From: Candidatus Poribacteria bacterium | Lineage (GTDB): Bacteria; Poribacteria; WGA-4E; UBA9662 | Assembly: GCA_046582655.1 (NCBI GenBank) | Contig: JAYGDX010000259.1 | Span: 24,343 to 88,342, forward strand | Direction: 5' to 3' | DNA: 64,000 bases | Shown here: piece after piece, positions 42,201 to 52,268 of the stretch | Position numbering within the stretch: the stretch's first letter is position 1 | Layout: each line of letters starts with the position of its first letter | Made by a program: the position numbers and the translations under genes | The notes under the pieces: generated by a model | The model's database searches: none | Told to the model about the DNA's origin: nothing | Seen by the model: only the letters and a program-made list of their open reading frames with translations

Positions 42201-42967
42201 ATGAACCGGAGCAAAAAGACTATGGCTTTGTCAGAACAGGAATGGATCAAATTGGCGACTCAGCTCCCAAACTAACCCGTATGCTGACTCATGGTGTTGA
42301 TCCAGAATTAGCAGGTAGCGTTGATCTGTGGTGCCCACTCACTCCCAACTTCAATCCAGTTTTAGCCCAAGAACGAAAGGCTGCAGGGGATAAGATTTGG
42401 TGGTCAGTACGTAATGCTCCAAAGTCTCCTTACGCAGGGCTTTTTATCGATCATCATGGTATCGAAATGCGAATGTGGCTATGGCAAACATGGAAATATG
42501 GTCTGGACGGAATTTATATCTGGAATACAAATTATTGGATGAGCCCGCTTTTGCATTCCGATGATAGATTACAAAACCCATACTTAGATCCAATGAGTTA
42601 TCAATCCGGTTATGGCTTGCCAGTAGGTTATGTAGGTTACTGGGGTAATGGCGACGGTCGCTTTCTTTATCCTCCTATGGAAGCATTGGAAGGATATAAA
42701 TCAATTGAGGGACCAGTCAACTCGATTCGCTGGGAAATGCTTAGGGAAGGTATTGAAGATTATGAGTATTTCTGGATGTTGAAGGACCAAGTTGAAAAGC
42801 TCAAAGCTGAGGATCCTGAGAATCAACTTCTTCGTGAAGTGGAAGGATACCTCATAATACCCACAAGCATCGTTTCCAATATGACAGAATTCACTAAGGT
42901 CCCAGAGTTGCTTTCCACACATCGAACAGACGTTGCCCAATCAATTGAAAAGCTATTATACCGTTAG
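39293..42967 (+). CDS. Secreted GH123-like/DUF4091 glycoside hydrolase with CBM-like domains
   Basis: Signal peptide, NPLIENGSFE, AAKNESESFQL, WFDEPE, GNGDGRFLYP and SIRWEMLREGIEDYEY. Confidence 0.8.
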   Translation: MRILRILATLVLVPAISWAQNPLIENGSFEFGTESPQGWGLSNEAFGKWELFGETGERCISIRGDGKPGDLSFWRSSTSSILPHQVYRLNFSVKGSAEADGGTAVVGSNLITRDLVVGTDWQRHELIFTTPINTLGAFLRFGQYETKGKIFFDDVGLIDITPIPRTRHDLDLGEGELIHGGIYTFRPDYTSMTSNTSRNLVRHSAYFNTDRWILPKDSEIVYRHDLPGYQQIEGAISVQANVHDGGECIVEIGVDESNWTVVGKVSQSGTQTFLLLDDILPAEDIYVRLRSTNKAEVLSYEYRSEIDDAELDLIGETHYAEVSIPFNSVAVEFETVGDLKTGDKYNEVSLLIANLQDFAVELETSLAIQKKGDGEAKHFGTKVVYIGFSETWRVRWPSYELIEATDYVMTVQIKDIFNGDTVYKAILPFSVSSLYDANFGILLGQTETVGAIWWTDGANKISRDRAIPKRVESLVRLSAAKNESESFQLVITPDRSLNQLRVQSSSLIYNTNEIPAANVELATVNYVLVQNPTDESGSRGYWPDPILPHNQPVQLNPGQNYPFWITIRVPKGIAAGKYRGSISITGAMGPPPPPKVAKEQVETQQVTQTVRGVQKDSDCENFSGEMGSDLELEQFFAASNLAKRDSNPEEGALWSETFEIELQVWDFELSDDTHIQSAFGIDPDSIRQYHHLENQGELETVLGKYYQNFADHRISPINPMALHPIQTDFEGHWWEGGEIIDTDKAEGLFSIRVEDGHKDRDSFAIGKKLISVDSTKTYEFGFFVKTAEKRQPYEVNILCYDKNGKILREVSFDYVGRGIWQKEEIRIGSLPQGTESITVKLSPVQLTDSGVETGIAWFDRLSLYEASQSMNLIPDPNFERLISDWNITLDTASFELAARNYVDGLRFNAFQIPLEGSGFSNSYERTVGVIENYESGSSEYEVLFSGYLAKLENYLEQNGWLDKAYVFWFDEPEQKDYGFVRTGMDQIGDSAPKLTRMLTHGVDPELAGSVDLWCPLTPNFNPVLAQERKAAGDKIWWSVRNAPKSPYAGLFIDHHGIEMRMWLWQTWKYGLDGIYIWNTNYWMSPLLHSDDRLQNPYLDPMSYQSGYGLPVGYVGYWGNGDGRFLYPPMEALEGYKSIEGPVNSIRWEMLREGIEDYEYFWMLKDQVEKLKAEDPENQLLREVEGYLIIPTSIVSNMTEFTKVPELLSTHRTDVAQSIEKLLYR

Positions 42968-42978
42968 GTGCTTAAGGA

Positions 42979-45450
42979 TCAAAGCATGCTAATTGGGTCA
43001 ATGTCCACAATTAGCTCGATACTCGTTGGTGCCAAATTAGTCCGTGTTGATTGATTCATAGCTTGGATTGTCTCTCGAAGATCATCAGAACTTTCACACC
43101 TTAGTAACAGGTGCCAGCGGTGCTTAGCCTTAATCTTGGCTAATGGCGCGGCAACTGGTCCTCGGATCTCAACATTAGGAAAACGATCTGTCCGGATTGA
43201 ATCCAGAACACTTCGCAGATCATTGGCAGTGCTAATGACCTCTTCTTCTATAGTTCCCCGCACCAGAATTGTTGCTGCATGACTTAGAGGTGGGTAGTTT
43301 AATTCCTTCCGAAACACAATTTCCTGGTTATAAAAACCAGCATAATCATGGTTCTTAGCGGCTTGGATGCCGTAGTGATCTGGCATATAGGTTTGGACAA
43401 TAACTTTCCCTCCCAATTTACTCCTGCCAGATCGACCTGCAACTTGTGTGAGCAAATTAAATGAACGCTCACTGGCACGGAAATCAGGTAAATTCAGGGC
43501 AGTATCTGCAATGATAACACCAACCAGCGTAACGTTTGGAAAATCCAGTCCTTTCGCTATCATCTGAGTACCAACAAGTATATCAATTTCTTGATTGTTA
43601 AATTGATCTAATATTGTCTGATGCGCATTTTTCCGTGATGTAGAATCGGTATCCATTCGTTGAGCTTTTGCCTGAGGGAACGCTCTCAATACTTCTTGTT
43701 CAACCCGTTCAGTTCCCAACCCAAAATAGCGAATGTTTTCACTTGTGCAATCAGGACAACTTCGGGGGGGGGGGCTCTCCGCACCGCAGTGGTGACAAAC
43801 TATCTGTTGCTTACTAAAATGGTAGGTCATTGACACTGAACAGACATCACACTTTTCAACATGACCACAATTTCGGCAGAACACATAACTTGAATAACCG
43901 CGTCGATTCAGAAACAGAATAGTTTGTTCATTTCGCATTAATCGATCTGTAATTGCTGTCCGCAGAGATCTCGAGAATATAGAGTGATTCTTGGATTTCA
44001 ATTCCTCACGCATATCGATAATTTCTACCTTTGGCATCTCAATACCACCGATACGTGACGGCATCGAGATTAAATGGAACTTTTCTTTCTCAGCATGGTA
44101 GAAACTTTCGAGCGACGGCGTCGCCGTTCCTAAGACAACAGTACAATTTTCTAATTTCGATCTTTGAATCGCCACATCACGCGCATGATAACGCGGTGAC
44201 GAATCCTGCTTGTAGGATGTTTCATGTTCTTCATCTATCACAATCAGTCCGAGATTGGGAACTGGTGCAAAAATCGCTGATCTGGCTCCAATGACAATCG
44301 ATGCCTTACCTGAACGGACACGCAGCCATTGATCATATCGCTCACCATCAGAGAGACGACTATGTAAAACGGCAACATCTACTCCAAAACGACCAACAAA
44401 ACGAGAGACAGTCTGTGGTGTCAATGATATCTCAGGAATCAGAATAATCGCTCCTTTCTTCTTACTTAGGACTCTCGCAATAACTTGTAGATAGACCTCT
44501 GTTTTGCCACTACTTGTCACCCCATGTAACAGAAACGTTTTAGGTAGGCTGGTTTCAATCGAATGATGAATCTTTGCTACTGCATTGATCTGATCGGAGT
44601 TAAGAGTGAGCGGCTCCGTATTTTCGATTGGCTTGGAATCCCACGGATTTCTGGTAATTTCAATCGACTGCAATTCGACCAGATTCTTTTTTTCTAAGGC
44701 TTGAAGCGTTGTCAAACTGGTGTTAGCGGTTTTCAATAGTTCTGCACTGGAAATTGGTAACCTGTTATAAACAGATATCAGGGTACGAAGTATCTCAGCC
44801 TGCTTAGGCGCACGCTGAAGAGTTGATGTTATTTCTTGGTTGATTTCAGCAATTGGTTTAGCCAGAGCAACGAAAGTAGCATATTGCTTTTGAGAAGTAG
44901 GCCGAAAGTTAACTTGAATATCAATTAATTTTTTCCCTTGCAACGTAGCTAGTACTGAACGTAAGCTGGATGAAGTTTTCTTTATGTGTCTGGAGAGCTG
45001 ATTTAAGGTGAGATCTCCATCATTGGCAAGCACAGTCAAGATCTGTCCCTGCAATTTTGCACGCTGTTTTAGCTCCTGGATTTCATCCTTGGTTGCAGTA
45101 AGGTGTATTGTCTTTCGTTGTTTTGTCCGAATTGCAGCTGGTGCTGCGCACTTCAGGGCTTCACCCCAAGAGGAAAGATAATATCTCGAAACCCATTTCG
45201 TAAGTTTTAGAATCGAGTCTAAAAACACTGGTTCACTATCCAGACAATCAGTGATGGCCTTAATTTTAAAATCCGGATTATCAACATCAGACCTGTCAAG
45301 AAGATTAACGATTACACCTTCGCGAATACTGTTACCGAAAGAAGCTAAGACACGACAACCGGCCTTGGCTATGGGGATAAGATGGTTTGGGATAGAATAA
45401 GTGAAAGTGAGATCTTCAGGTATTGGGAAAGCAACATGCGCAAACTTCAT
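42979..45450 (-). CDS. priA: Primosomal protein N'
   Basis: GVTSSGKTEVY, DEEH, Cys-rich region and QVAGRSGR. Confidence 0.97.
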   Translation of the reverse strand: MKFAHVAFPIPEDLTFTYSIPNHLIPIAKAGCRVLASFGNSIREGVIVNLLDRSDVDNPDFKIKAITDCLDSEPVFLDSILKLTKWVSRYYLSSWGEALKCAAPAAIRTKQRKTIHLTATKDEIQELKQRAKLQGQILTVLANDGDLTLNQLSRHIKKTSSSLRSVLATLQGKKLIDIQVNFRPTSQKQYATFVALAKPIAEINQEITSTLQRAPKQAEILRTLISVYNRLPISSAELLKTANTSLTTLQALEKKNLVELQSIEITRNPWDSKPIENTEPLTLNSDQINAVAKIHHSIETSLPKTFLLHGVTSSGKTEVYLQVIARVLSKKKGAIILIPEISLTPQTVSRFVGRFGVDVAVLHSRLSDGERYDQWLRVRSGKASIVIGARSAIFAPVPNLGLIVIDEEHETSYKQDSSPRYHARDVAIQRSKLENCTVVLGTATPSLESFYHAEKEKFHLISMPSRIGGIEMPKVEIIDMREELKSKNHSIFSRSLRTAITDRLMRNEQTILFLNRRGYSSYVFCRNCGHVEKCDVCSVSMTYHFSKQQIVCHHCGAESPPPRSCPDCTSENIRYFGLGTERVEQEVLRAFPQAKAQRMDTDSTSRKNAHQTILDQFNNQEIDILVGTQMIAKGLDFPNVTLVGVIIADTALNLPDFRASERSFNLLTQVAGRSGRSKLGGKVIVQTYMPDHYGIQAAKNHDYAGFYNQEIVFRKELNYPPLSHAATILVRGTIEEEVISTANDLRSVLDSIRTDRFPNVEIRGPVAAPLAKIKAKHRWHLLLRCESSDDLRETIQAMNQSTRTNLAPTSIELIVDIDPISML

Positions 45451-46121
45451 GGTATGGGTAAGTTGAGTTCAGCCATGACTTTTTGCATATCTTCCCATAC
45501 CTCACGCTTCCCACCTGGATTGCGAAGAAGATAGGCAGGATGATAGGTTGGCATTACCTTGATCCCACGATATTCATGGAAATGTCCACGCAGCGCAGAG
45601 ATTTTTGCTTCCGTGCGCAGGAGCATCTGCGCGGCAAAGGTCCCTAGGGCACAAATGACCTTTGGTTTAATCAACTCGATTTGCCGAATTAAGTAAGGTT
45701 CACAAGACTCAATCTCTGTATGTTTGGGATTCCGGTTGTTGGGAGGGCGGCATTTGATCACGTTTGCGATATAGACTTTGTCACGGGTTAATTCCATGGC
45801 TTCAATGACCTTAGTCAGTAACTGTCCAGCACGTCCGACAAAAGGTTCTCCTTTTTCATCCTCGTCCCTGCCAGGAGCTTCACCAATAAACATTAAGTCA
45901 GCATTTTCATTACCTGTACCGAAGACCACATTGGTACGGGTTGCGTGCAATTCACACTTTTTACATCCATTTGCTTCTTGGCGAAGTTGATTATAATCAA
46001 CTTCCATTAATTTGGAATGTTCCGGATCAAGTATCTCAGTAAAGCCAAGTTGCATCTGTTCCTCCACGTATTCTCTAACTGTTGAAATAACCTGCAGATA
46101 TTCTTGGATTGAATTTGCCAT
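45447..46121 (-). CDS. Uracil-DNA glycosylase family 4
   Basis: CKKCEL, GEAPG, KCRPPNNR and YHPAYLLR. Confidence 0.95.
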   Translation of the reverse strand: MANSIQEYLQVISTVREYVEEQMQLGFTEILDPEHSKLMEVDYNQLRQEANGCKKCELHATRTNVVFGTGNENADLMFIGEAPGRDEDEKGEPFVGRAGQLLTKVIEAMELTRDKVYIANVIKCRPPNNRNPKHTEIESCEPYLIRQIELIKPKVICALGTFAAQMLLRTEAKISALRGHFHEYRGIKVMPTYHPAYLLRNPGGKREVWEDMQKVMAELNLPIP

Positions 46122-46251
46122 ACTGAAAGTAAAATTTGTGTTAATGCGTACTAATTATCTCCTAAAATTGTCGCATTCCGATAACCGAGGTTGGATTATG
46201 GGCTGGGAGAGTAGAACCTTACTCAATCAGCAGTTGACATCAGTTGATCTT

Positions 46252-47961
46252 TTATGAAGAAGGGAAGAAATCCCGAACATCATAAAAAGTAATAAATAAG
46301 AAAAACACGGCTATGAATGCAAAACTTATTTGCTGAATGAGGCTTTGAGTTCGCAGACTCAGTGGTTTTCCTCGCAACTTTTCGATTGTAAAAAAGAGTA
46401 TCAGCCCCCCATCGGTAATTGGTAATGGAAATAAATTGACAATACCCAGATTGATGCTGATGAAAGCACCAAGCCATATAAACTGTGTTAAAGCCGACTG
46501 GGCAACTATTGCGGTTATGCGGAGAATTCCAACTGGACCACTAAGAAATTTCGGTGAGACATATCCAGTTACTAGTTTTCGAAGTGTTATAAAGATCTTG
46601 AGGATAGTGGCGTAACATTCCTCAATGCTCCTCCCCCAAGCTGTCAAAAGATTATATGTTTTACTATAGCTTGGTTCAATTAGTTCCATTTCAGAAATTC
46701 TTGGAACAAAATGTAGTCCCTGCCAATCGGTCGTGTCATTCTTAATTTCAGGAGTAATAGCAATTGTAATTATCTCATTCTCACTTGTTTCTGTAGTTCG
46801 GAGCAGATCTAATTCGAGTGGCTGATCGCGATTAGTCAGTGCCTCCTGCTTCAGAGCCTCATTGATTTTTGTTAGTAATTTATTTCCATTATCAGCAGTC
46901 TCGTTTTCGCTAGTAGTTCCAATGTCTATGGGTGACTTGCCATTGATTGTTAAAACTTGATCACCGGGCTTGATGCCAGCTTTTTCCGCAGCACTACCGC
47001 TTTCTGGATATACATTTACTGACCAATTTAATTTTGTGTCTATGGTTATTAACCTACCAGCACGAACTAGACCCAGTGTGATTGTTTTACCGCTGTATTC
47101 CATCATCAATTCATCTAGCATGTTTGGATGATAGATGAATTGACCGTTTATTGTGTCGACTATATCGCCTTCCTGAATTTGATCATGCCATGATCGATGC
47201 ACTAACAGCTTCTCGGCCGCTAATACACCAAGTTGCCCTATTTTTCGAGATCCACGAGATACTGCCGCTGGAGTGACCGGGATAGTGTGCTTTTTCTGGT
47301 TTCGAATTAACTCTATATCAAGCTTGGTGTTGGGTGCTAACGCAATTTCCATATGCAAATCTTCCCATTTATTTATCTGGGTCCGGTGTTTTTCTCGCCC
47401 CCAAATTCTGTCTGGAAGATGTGGTTTCCTGCTTATTGCAATAATTTGGTCTCCGGCCCGTATCCCAAATTTCTCAGCCGGACTATCCGGCACCACGTAG
47501 CCAATTACTGTTGTTGTCGCTGAATTACGGATTGGGCCTTCTCCACCTATCATATAAAAAATTGCGAAAGCCAAAACAGCGAGTAGGATATTAGCCACAG
47601 GACCTGCGATTGCCACTAACATGCGACGACCAACAGTTGCGGTATCAAATTCACCTGTCGGGTTTTCAGCTGAGGGAGTTCTATCTCCACCGGTGCGCTC
47701 ATCCGGATTTTCTCCCGCCATTTTCACATAGCCCCCAAAGGGTAAGAGAGAGAGGCAATAATCAGTTTCGTTACGTCTGAAGCTGATTATTGCTGGACCA
47801 AACCCGATGGAAAATTTTTCAACCCTAATCCCGCACCATTTTGCAGCTAGGAAATGACCAAGCTCATGGATAAATATGAGGAGGCCTAAAGCGAGGAAAG
47901 CATGAATAACATATGGACCCCAGTGAATAATCCACTCAAAAATCCTCATTGCCATAGTCAT
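46252..47961 (-). CDS. rseP: RIP metalloprotease RseP (multiple PDZ domains)
   Basis: HELGH, GGYV and NLFPLPITDGG. Confidence 0.95.
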   Translation of the reverse strand: MTMAMRIFEWIIHWGPYVIHAFLALGLLIFIHELGHFLAAKWCGIRVEKFSIGFGPAIISFRRNETDYCLSLLPFGGYVKMAGENPDERTGGDRTPSAENPTGEFDTATVGRRMLVAIAGPVANILLAVLAFAIFYMIGGEGPIRNSATTTVIGYVVPDSPAEKFGIRAGDQIIAISRKPHLPDRIWGREKHRTQINKWEDLHMEIALAPNTKLDIELIRNQKKHTIPVTPAAVSRGSRKIGQLGVLAAEKLLVHRSWHDQIQEGDIVDTINGQFIYHPNMLDELMMEYSGKTITLGLVRAGRLITIDTKLNWSVNVYPESGSAAEKAGIKPGDQVLTINGKSPIDIGTTSENETADNGNKLLTKINEALKQEALTNRDQPLELDLLRTTETSENEIITIAITPEIKNDTTDWQGLHFVPRISEMELIEPSYSKTYNLLTAWGRSIEECYATILKIFITLRKLVTGYVSPKFLSGPVGILRITAIVAQSALTQFIWLGAFISINLGIVNLFPLPITDGGLILFFTIEKLRGKPLSLRTQSLIQQISFAFIAVFFLFITFYDVRDFFPSS

Positions 47962-47971
47962 AATTTCCTTT

Positions 47972-49129
47972 TTAGTTTCCGATGATTTTTCTGGTAATTT
48001 CTCTAGTCCACCGATTTATCTCAAGAATCTGGTCAAGTTCCGCTTCATAAACCACATCATGTAGATCCATAGCACGGCGAAGAACAGCAGGGATATCCAT
48101 AAAACCGATTTGACGGTTCAGGAATGCATCAACGGCAACTTCGTCAGAACCACTTAATACGGTCGGTAGGGTGCCTCCCACTTCTGCTGCTGTATAAGCA
48201 AGATCCAAACATGGGAAACGTTTGAAGTCCGGTGGTTCGAAATGAAATTGACGAATCTGCGAAAAATCGAGCCGATCCGCTGGATTCTCTAGGCGATCAG
48301 GATAGGTTAAGGCATATTGTATCGGCACACGCATATCTGGCACACCAAGTTGAGCGAGCAGGGATCCATCTACAAATTCAACCATCGAGTGTATGATACT
48401 TTCAGCATGAACAACAACTTCAATCTTCTTGAGTTCAAGTTCAAAAAAACATTTTGCTTCGATAACTTCAAGTCCCTTATTCATCATAGTTGCTGAATCA
48501 ATTGTGACTTTGTTGCCCATTGTCCAATTAGGATGTTTCAGGGCTTGTTCTGGTGTCATGTCCTTAAGTTTGTCGCTTGATGTTTTCCAAAAGGGACCAC
48601 CTGACGCAGTCAGAATAAGTTTGTGTATTCTGTTTTTCTGAAACGGATGGGGTAAACACTGGAATATAGCACTAATTTCACTATCCACTGGCAGGAGTTT
48701 CACATTGTGTTTTTTGACTGCTTTTTGTACTAGAGAGCCGCACATCACTAAAACCTCCTTATTAACAAAAGCGAGATCTTTACCTGACTGAATTGCCTCA
48801 AGTGTTGGTAGTAATCCGATACTTCCACCCATGGCCTCAAGAACAAGTTCTGCCTCGTCAATTGTCGCAACTGCTGAGATCCCCATTGCTCCCGACATAA
48901 CGTCAACGGACTTTAAATCGCTGATTCGCTGACGAAGGAGACTAGCAGCACCTTGATCATAAAGAGCGACAAGTTTTGGATTAAACTGACGCACTTGTTG
49001 TTCAATTAGATCAACTGAGGTATTGGCTGCCAGTGCGGAGATGGTAAATAGATCTGGGTGAATTTTAGCAATCGATAAAGCACTTTTCCCAATAGATCCG
49101 GTAGACCCAAGGATTGCTATGTTTTTCAT
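47972..49129 (-). CDS. dxr: 1-deoxy-D-xylulose-5-phosphate reductoisomerase
   Basis: LGSTGSIG, LPVDSE, TASGGPF and NKGLEVIEA. Confidence 0.97.
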   Translation of the reverse strand: MKNIAILGSTGSIGKSALSIAKIHPDLFTISALAANTSVDLIEQQVRQFNPKLVALYDQGAASLLRQRISDLKSVDVMSGAMGISAVATIDEAELVLEAMGGSIGLLPTLEAIQSGKDLAFVNKEVLVMCGSLVQKAVKKHNVKLLPVDSEISAIFQCLPHPFQKNRIHKLILTASGGPFWKTSSDKLKDMTPEQALKHPNWTMGNKVTIDSATMMNKGLEVIEAKCFFELELKKIEVVVHAESIIHSMVEFVDGSLLAQLGVPDMRVPIQYALTYPDRLENPADRLDFSQIRQFHFEPPDFKRFPCLDLAYTAAEVGGTLPTVLSGSDEVAVDAFLNRQIGFMDIPAVLRRAMDLHDVVYEAELDQILEINRWTREITRKIIGN

Positions 49130-49962
49130 TCCAGACCAAGTATTAATCGTAGATAATAGTATAGTGCAGGAGTGGCAAATATCATGCTGTCAATTCGGTC
49201 CAGAGCACCACCATGGCCGGGAATCAATGTTCCAGAATCCTTAACACCAGCGCAGCGCTTGATGATTGACTCACTTAAATCACTAATCTGACTGGTTATG
49301 CCGATAATTAGTGCTGCAGAAACAGCTTGTTTTGCGCTAAAATATTCTGGTAACAGAAAATACGGAAAATACCAAACTCCGAGCCCGCTAATAGTACTAA
49401 AAAGTAATCCGATTACTGTGCCCTCAATCGTCTTACCAGGACTAATATTGGGACGAATTTTATGTTTTCCCAGCCATTTCCCGCAGATGTATGCGGCAGA
49501 ATCCCCTACCCAGATGACAATCAGAAGAAAGTAAGTGAAACTTCGCCCACCCTTCAGGCTTCGAAGTTGGATCACGTGGTAGCCAAAGGCCCAACCTATG
49601 TAGACTGCACCAATAACCAGGACTGCAACGGACAGAAACCCGGCATCTGCTTTATCTTGCAGAATTTGGGCTACAAACGCTCCGAAGAGGACAAATGTAA
49701 CAAAAGACCCTAAGAATAATTCTGGATGTTCGTGATGGGCAATATTTTCGAAAGCAAGCGAGCAGAAGAGGAGCGAAAAAAAGAAAATAATAGCGACCTG
49801 ACCGACACTCGATCCAATCGCCCTTGTCAACTGACAGAATTCGATGAGGGCTAAAATTGTGATTCCAATAGTTATGGCTTTGTAGGGCCAATCACCAATC
49901 CATACAACCCAAAGGAAGCATGGAATTAAGACTGTTGAACTAACAACCCGCTTCCATAGCAT
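49126..49962 (-). CDS. cdsA: Phosphatidate cytidylyltransferase
   Basis: ISPGKTIEG and KDSGTLIPGHGGALDRIDS. Confidence 0.96.
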   Translation of the reverse strand: MLWKRVVSSTVLIPCFLWVVWIGDWPYKAITIGITILALIEFCQLTRAIGSSVGQVAIIFFFSLLFCSLAFENIAHHEHPELFLGSFVTFVLFGAFVAQILQDKADAGFLSVAVLVIGAVYIGWAFGYHVIQLRSLKGGRSFTYFLLIVIWVGDSAAYICGKWLGKHKIRPNISPGKTIEGTVIGLLFSTISGLGVWYFPYFLLPEYFSAKQAVSAALIIGITSQISDLSESIIKRCAGVKDSGTLIPGHGGALDRIDSMIFATPALYYYLRLILGLE

Positions 49963-49993
49963 TGAATTTGTGCTTTATTCTGACCCTATTTGG

Positions 49994-50551
49994 CTAAATT
50001 TCAAGTAGTTCATTACCCTTCAATTTGGTGAGTTCTTCAATCTGGCCGACATAAGAATTAGTCAAATCTTGCACATCTTCTTCGTAAGCACGCCGATCGT
50101 CTTCCGAAATTCCCTTAGCTTTCTCCATTGTCTTCAAGGATCCGTTAGCATCGCGTCTGATATTTCTTATCGAGACACGCCCATCTTCCGCAATTTTTCC
50201 GACAAGTTTTACTAATTCCTGCCGGCGTTCAGTTGTTAGCTCAGGAATTGGTATGCGAATCACCGCACCGTCGCTATTCGGATTAAGCCCCAAATCGGAT
50301 TGAGCAATTGCTTTTTCGATGTCTTTTATAGTTGATTTGTCCCATGGCTGTATCACGATTAAACGTGCTTCAGGTGTAGTCACCGTTGCAATTCGGTTAA
50401 TCGGATTTCTCGCACCATAGTATTCTACCGTAACATTATCAAGCAAAGAGAGGGAAGCTCGCCCTGTCTGAATCTGCGAAAACTCTCCGGCTATAGCCTC
50501 AACTGCCTTTTCCATCCGGTCTTCCGTTTCAAGTATTAGCATATCAGGCAT
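49994..50551 (-). CDS. frr: Ribosome recycling factor
   Basis: TGRA, LGLNP and RNIRRDA. Confidence 0.97.
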   Translation of the reverse strand: MPDMLILETEDRMEKAVEAIAGEFSQIQTGRASLSLLDNVTVEYYGARNPINRIATVTTPEARLIVIQPWDKSTIKDIEKAIAQSDLGLNPNSDGAVIRIPIPELTTERRQELVKLVGKIAEDGRVSIRNIRRDANGSLKTMEKAKGISEDDRRAYEEDVQDLTNSYVGQIEELTKLKGNELLEI

Positions 50552-50577
50552 TGTAGATGGCTCCTTTCAAATAAAGA

Positions 50578-51171
50578 CTATTGTCCAAGGATGAAGAGTT
50601 CAAAACGTTTTATAACGATGTTTTCACCAAGCAGGCTGATTGCCTCTTGAATAAGGTTTCGAACAGTTTTATCTCCATTGCGAATATAAGTTTGTTCTAG
50701 CAAACACACTTCAGAGTAATATTTTGAAAGACGCCCTTCAACTATTTTGTCAATAATATTTTCAGGTTTACTGGAGTCAATAAGCTGCTGTCTGAGAATT
50801 GCCTTTTCTGTTTCAAGATCTTCTTCAGAGACATCCTCTCTTGATAGGCATTTTGGTTTGGACGCAGCCACTTGCATAGCGATGTTTCTCGCTAGTTCAT
50901 TGAATTGTTCTGTTCGTGCCACGAAATCGGTTTCACAATTGATTTCCAGAAGTGATCCAATTTTGCTTCCTGGATGGATATAGGACATAATCAATCCTTC
51001 TGAAGCATCACGACTGCTTTTCAGTTCTGAGGCTTTCAAACCCTGTTCACGCAGATGGATAATCGCAGCCTCAATATCACCATTTTTTCCTGCAAGTGCC
51101 TTTTTACAATCCATGATGCCAGCTCCGGTACGCTTCCGCAAATCGCTGACCATCTGTGCTGTAATTTCCAT
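50578..51171 (-). CDS. tsf: Elongation factor Ts (short form)
   Basis: LRKRTGAGIMDCKKAL and NCETDFVA. Confidence 0.97.
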   Translation of the reverse strand: MEITAQMVSDLRKRTGAGIMDCKKALAGKNGDIEAAIIHLREQGLKASELKSSRDASEGLIMSYIHPGSKIGSLLEINCETDFVARTEQFNELARNIAMQVAASKPKCLSREDVSEEDLETEKAILRQQLIDSSKPENIIDKIVEGRLSKYYSEVCLLEQTYIRNGDKTVRNLIQEAISLLGENIVIKRFELFILGQ

Positions 51172-51207
51172 TATGAAATAATACCCTCCATTAGGAATCC
51201 CTAAGTT

Positions 51208-52113
51208 TTAATCTTCGGCTGCTATTACTTGGTCGCTTTCCTGTTCTGTTGTCTCATCTGATTGGTCTACATTTCTTGATCGTCTACGACGACGAGACGG
51301 TGGATTCGTGCCTGTGGGACTGTCCTCGGATTCCGTAGCGAGATCCGTCGCCTGTTCTTCTGTTGCCGTTCCGTCCTCTAAATCGGGCTTTGCACTTTCA
51401 TCAGTTGGCAATTCTCCTTCTATGCCTTCCAGTGCAGTTGCTCGCCCCTCAGTGATAGCGTCAGCCAAAACAGTACATACGAGTTTGATGGCACGAATGG
51501 CATCATCATTTCCAGGTATTGGATAATCAATTGGATCGGGGTCGCAGTTGGTATCAACAATTGCAACGATTGGAATACCTAGCTTTTTAGCTTCTTGCAC
51601 GGCGATAGCTTCTTTACGCGTATCTGTAATAATTACAGCGGATGGCAAACGCCCCATATCCTTTATGCCGGACAGCACATTGTTCAGTTTTGTTTTCTCT
51701 CGGTTAAGGCGTAACGCTTCTTTTTTCGGGAGTTGATCGAATAGACCTTCTTCTTGATCATTTTCTAGTTTTTTTAGTCGATTAATACTATTCGAAATTG
51801 TTTGATAATTAGTTAACATGCCACCCAGCCAACGGTTGTTAACATAAAACATTTGGGCACGTTTTGCTTCAGTTTCAATTGATTCTTGCGATTGCTTTTT
51901 CGTGCCTACAAAAAGAATTAATCCCTCTTCCATGGCAATGTTCTGGATGAAGTTGTAAGCTTCATATAACATCCGCAATGTCTTTTGCAGATCGATGATG
52001 TAAATACCGTTACGTTCTGCAAATATGTAACGCGCCATTTTGGGATTCCAACCTCGCGTCTGATGGCCGAAGTGGACTCCCGACTCGAGGAGATCTTTCA
52101 TTGCTACATTCAC
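51208..52113 (-). CDS. rpsB: 30S ribosomal protein S2
   Basis: [15 protein letters not shown] and PGNDDA. Confidence 0.98.
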   Translation of the reverse strand: MNVAMKDLLESGVHFGHQTRGWNPKMARYIFAERNGIYIIDLQKTLRMLYEAYNFIQNIAMEEGLILFVGTKKQSQESIETEAKRAQMFYVNNRWLGGMLTNYQTISNSINRLKKLENDQEEGLFDQLPKKEALRLNREKTKLNNVLSGIKDMGRLPSAVIITDTRKEAIAVQEAKKLGIPIVAIVDTNCDPDPIDYPIPGNDDAIRAIKLVCTVLADAITEGRATALEGIEGELPTDESAKPDLEDGTATEEQATDLATESEDSPTGTNPPSRRRRRSRNVDQSDETTEQESDQVIAAED

Positions 52114-52139
52114 AGTGGACTCCTTATTTGCTAATTTCG

Positions 52140-52224
52140 CGGGTTAGCGTTCATCTCTAGTTTTCTTGCACCGAACCCTGTTTTCAATAACTAGAGCACC
52201 CATGGTGCAAACCAAGAAATGTGA
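52140..52224 (-). ncRNA. rpsB leader RNA (t44 / S2 autoregulatory element)
   Basis: CACAUUUC...UUGCACC AUGGGUGC...GGGUUCGGUGCAA...GCUAACCC matches the GGGUGC/GGGUxGGU/AACCC pattern of S2 leaders; lies between the promoter and the rpsB RBS. Confidence 0.75.
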
Positions 52225-52239
52225 TTTTTTAATCAAAGA

Positions 52240-52268
52240 AATATAACATATTCACCTAGGAGTGTCAA
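52240..52268 (-). promoter_or_regulatory. Sigma70 promoter of the rpsB-tsf operon
   Basis: TTGACA-17 bp-TATATT with an extended TG. Confidence 0.7.
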
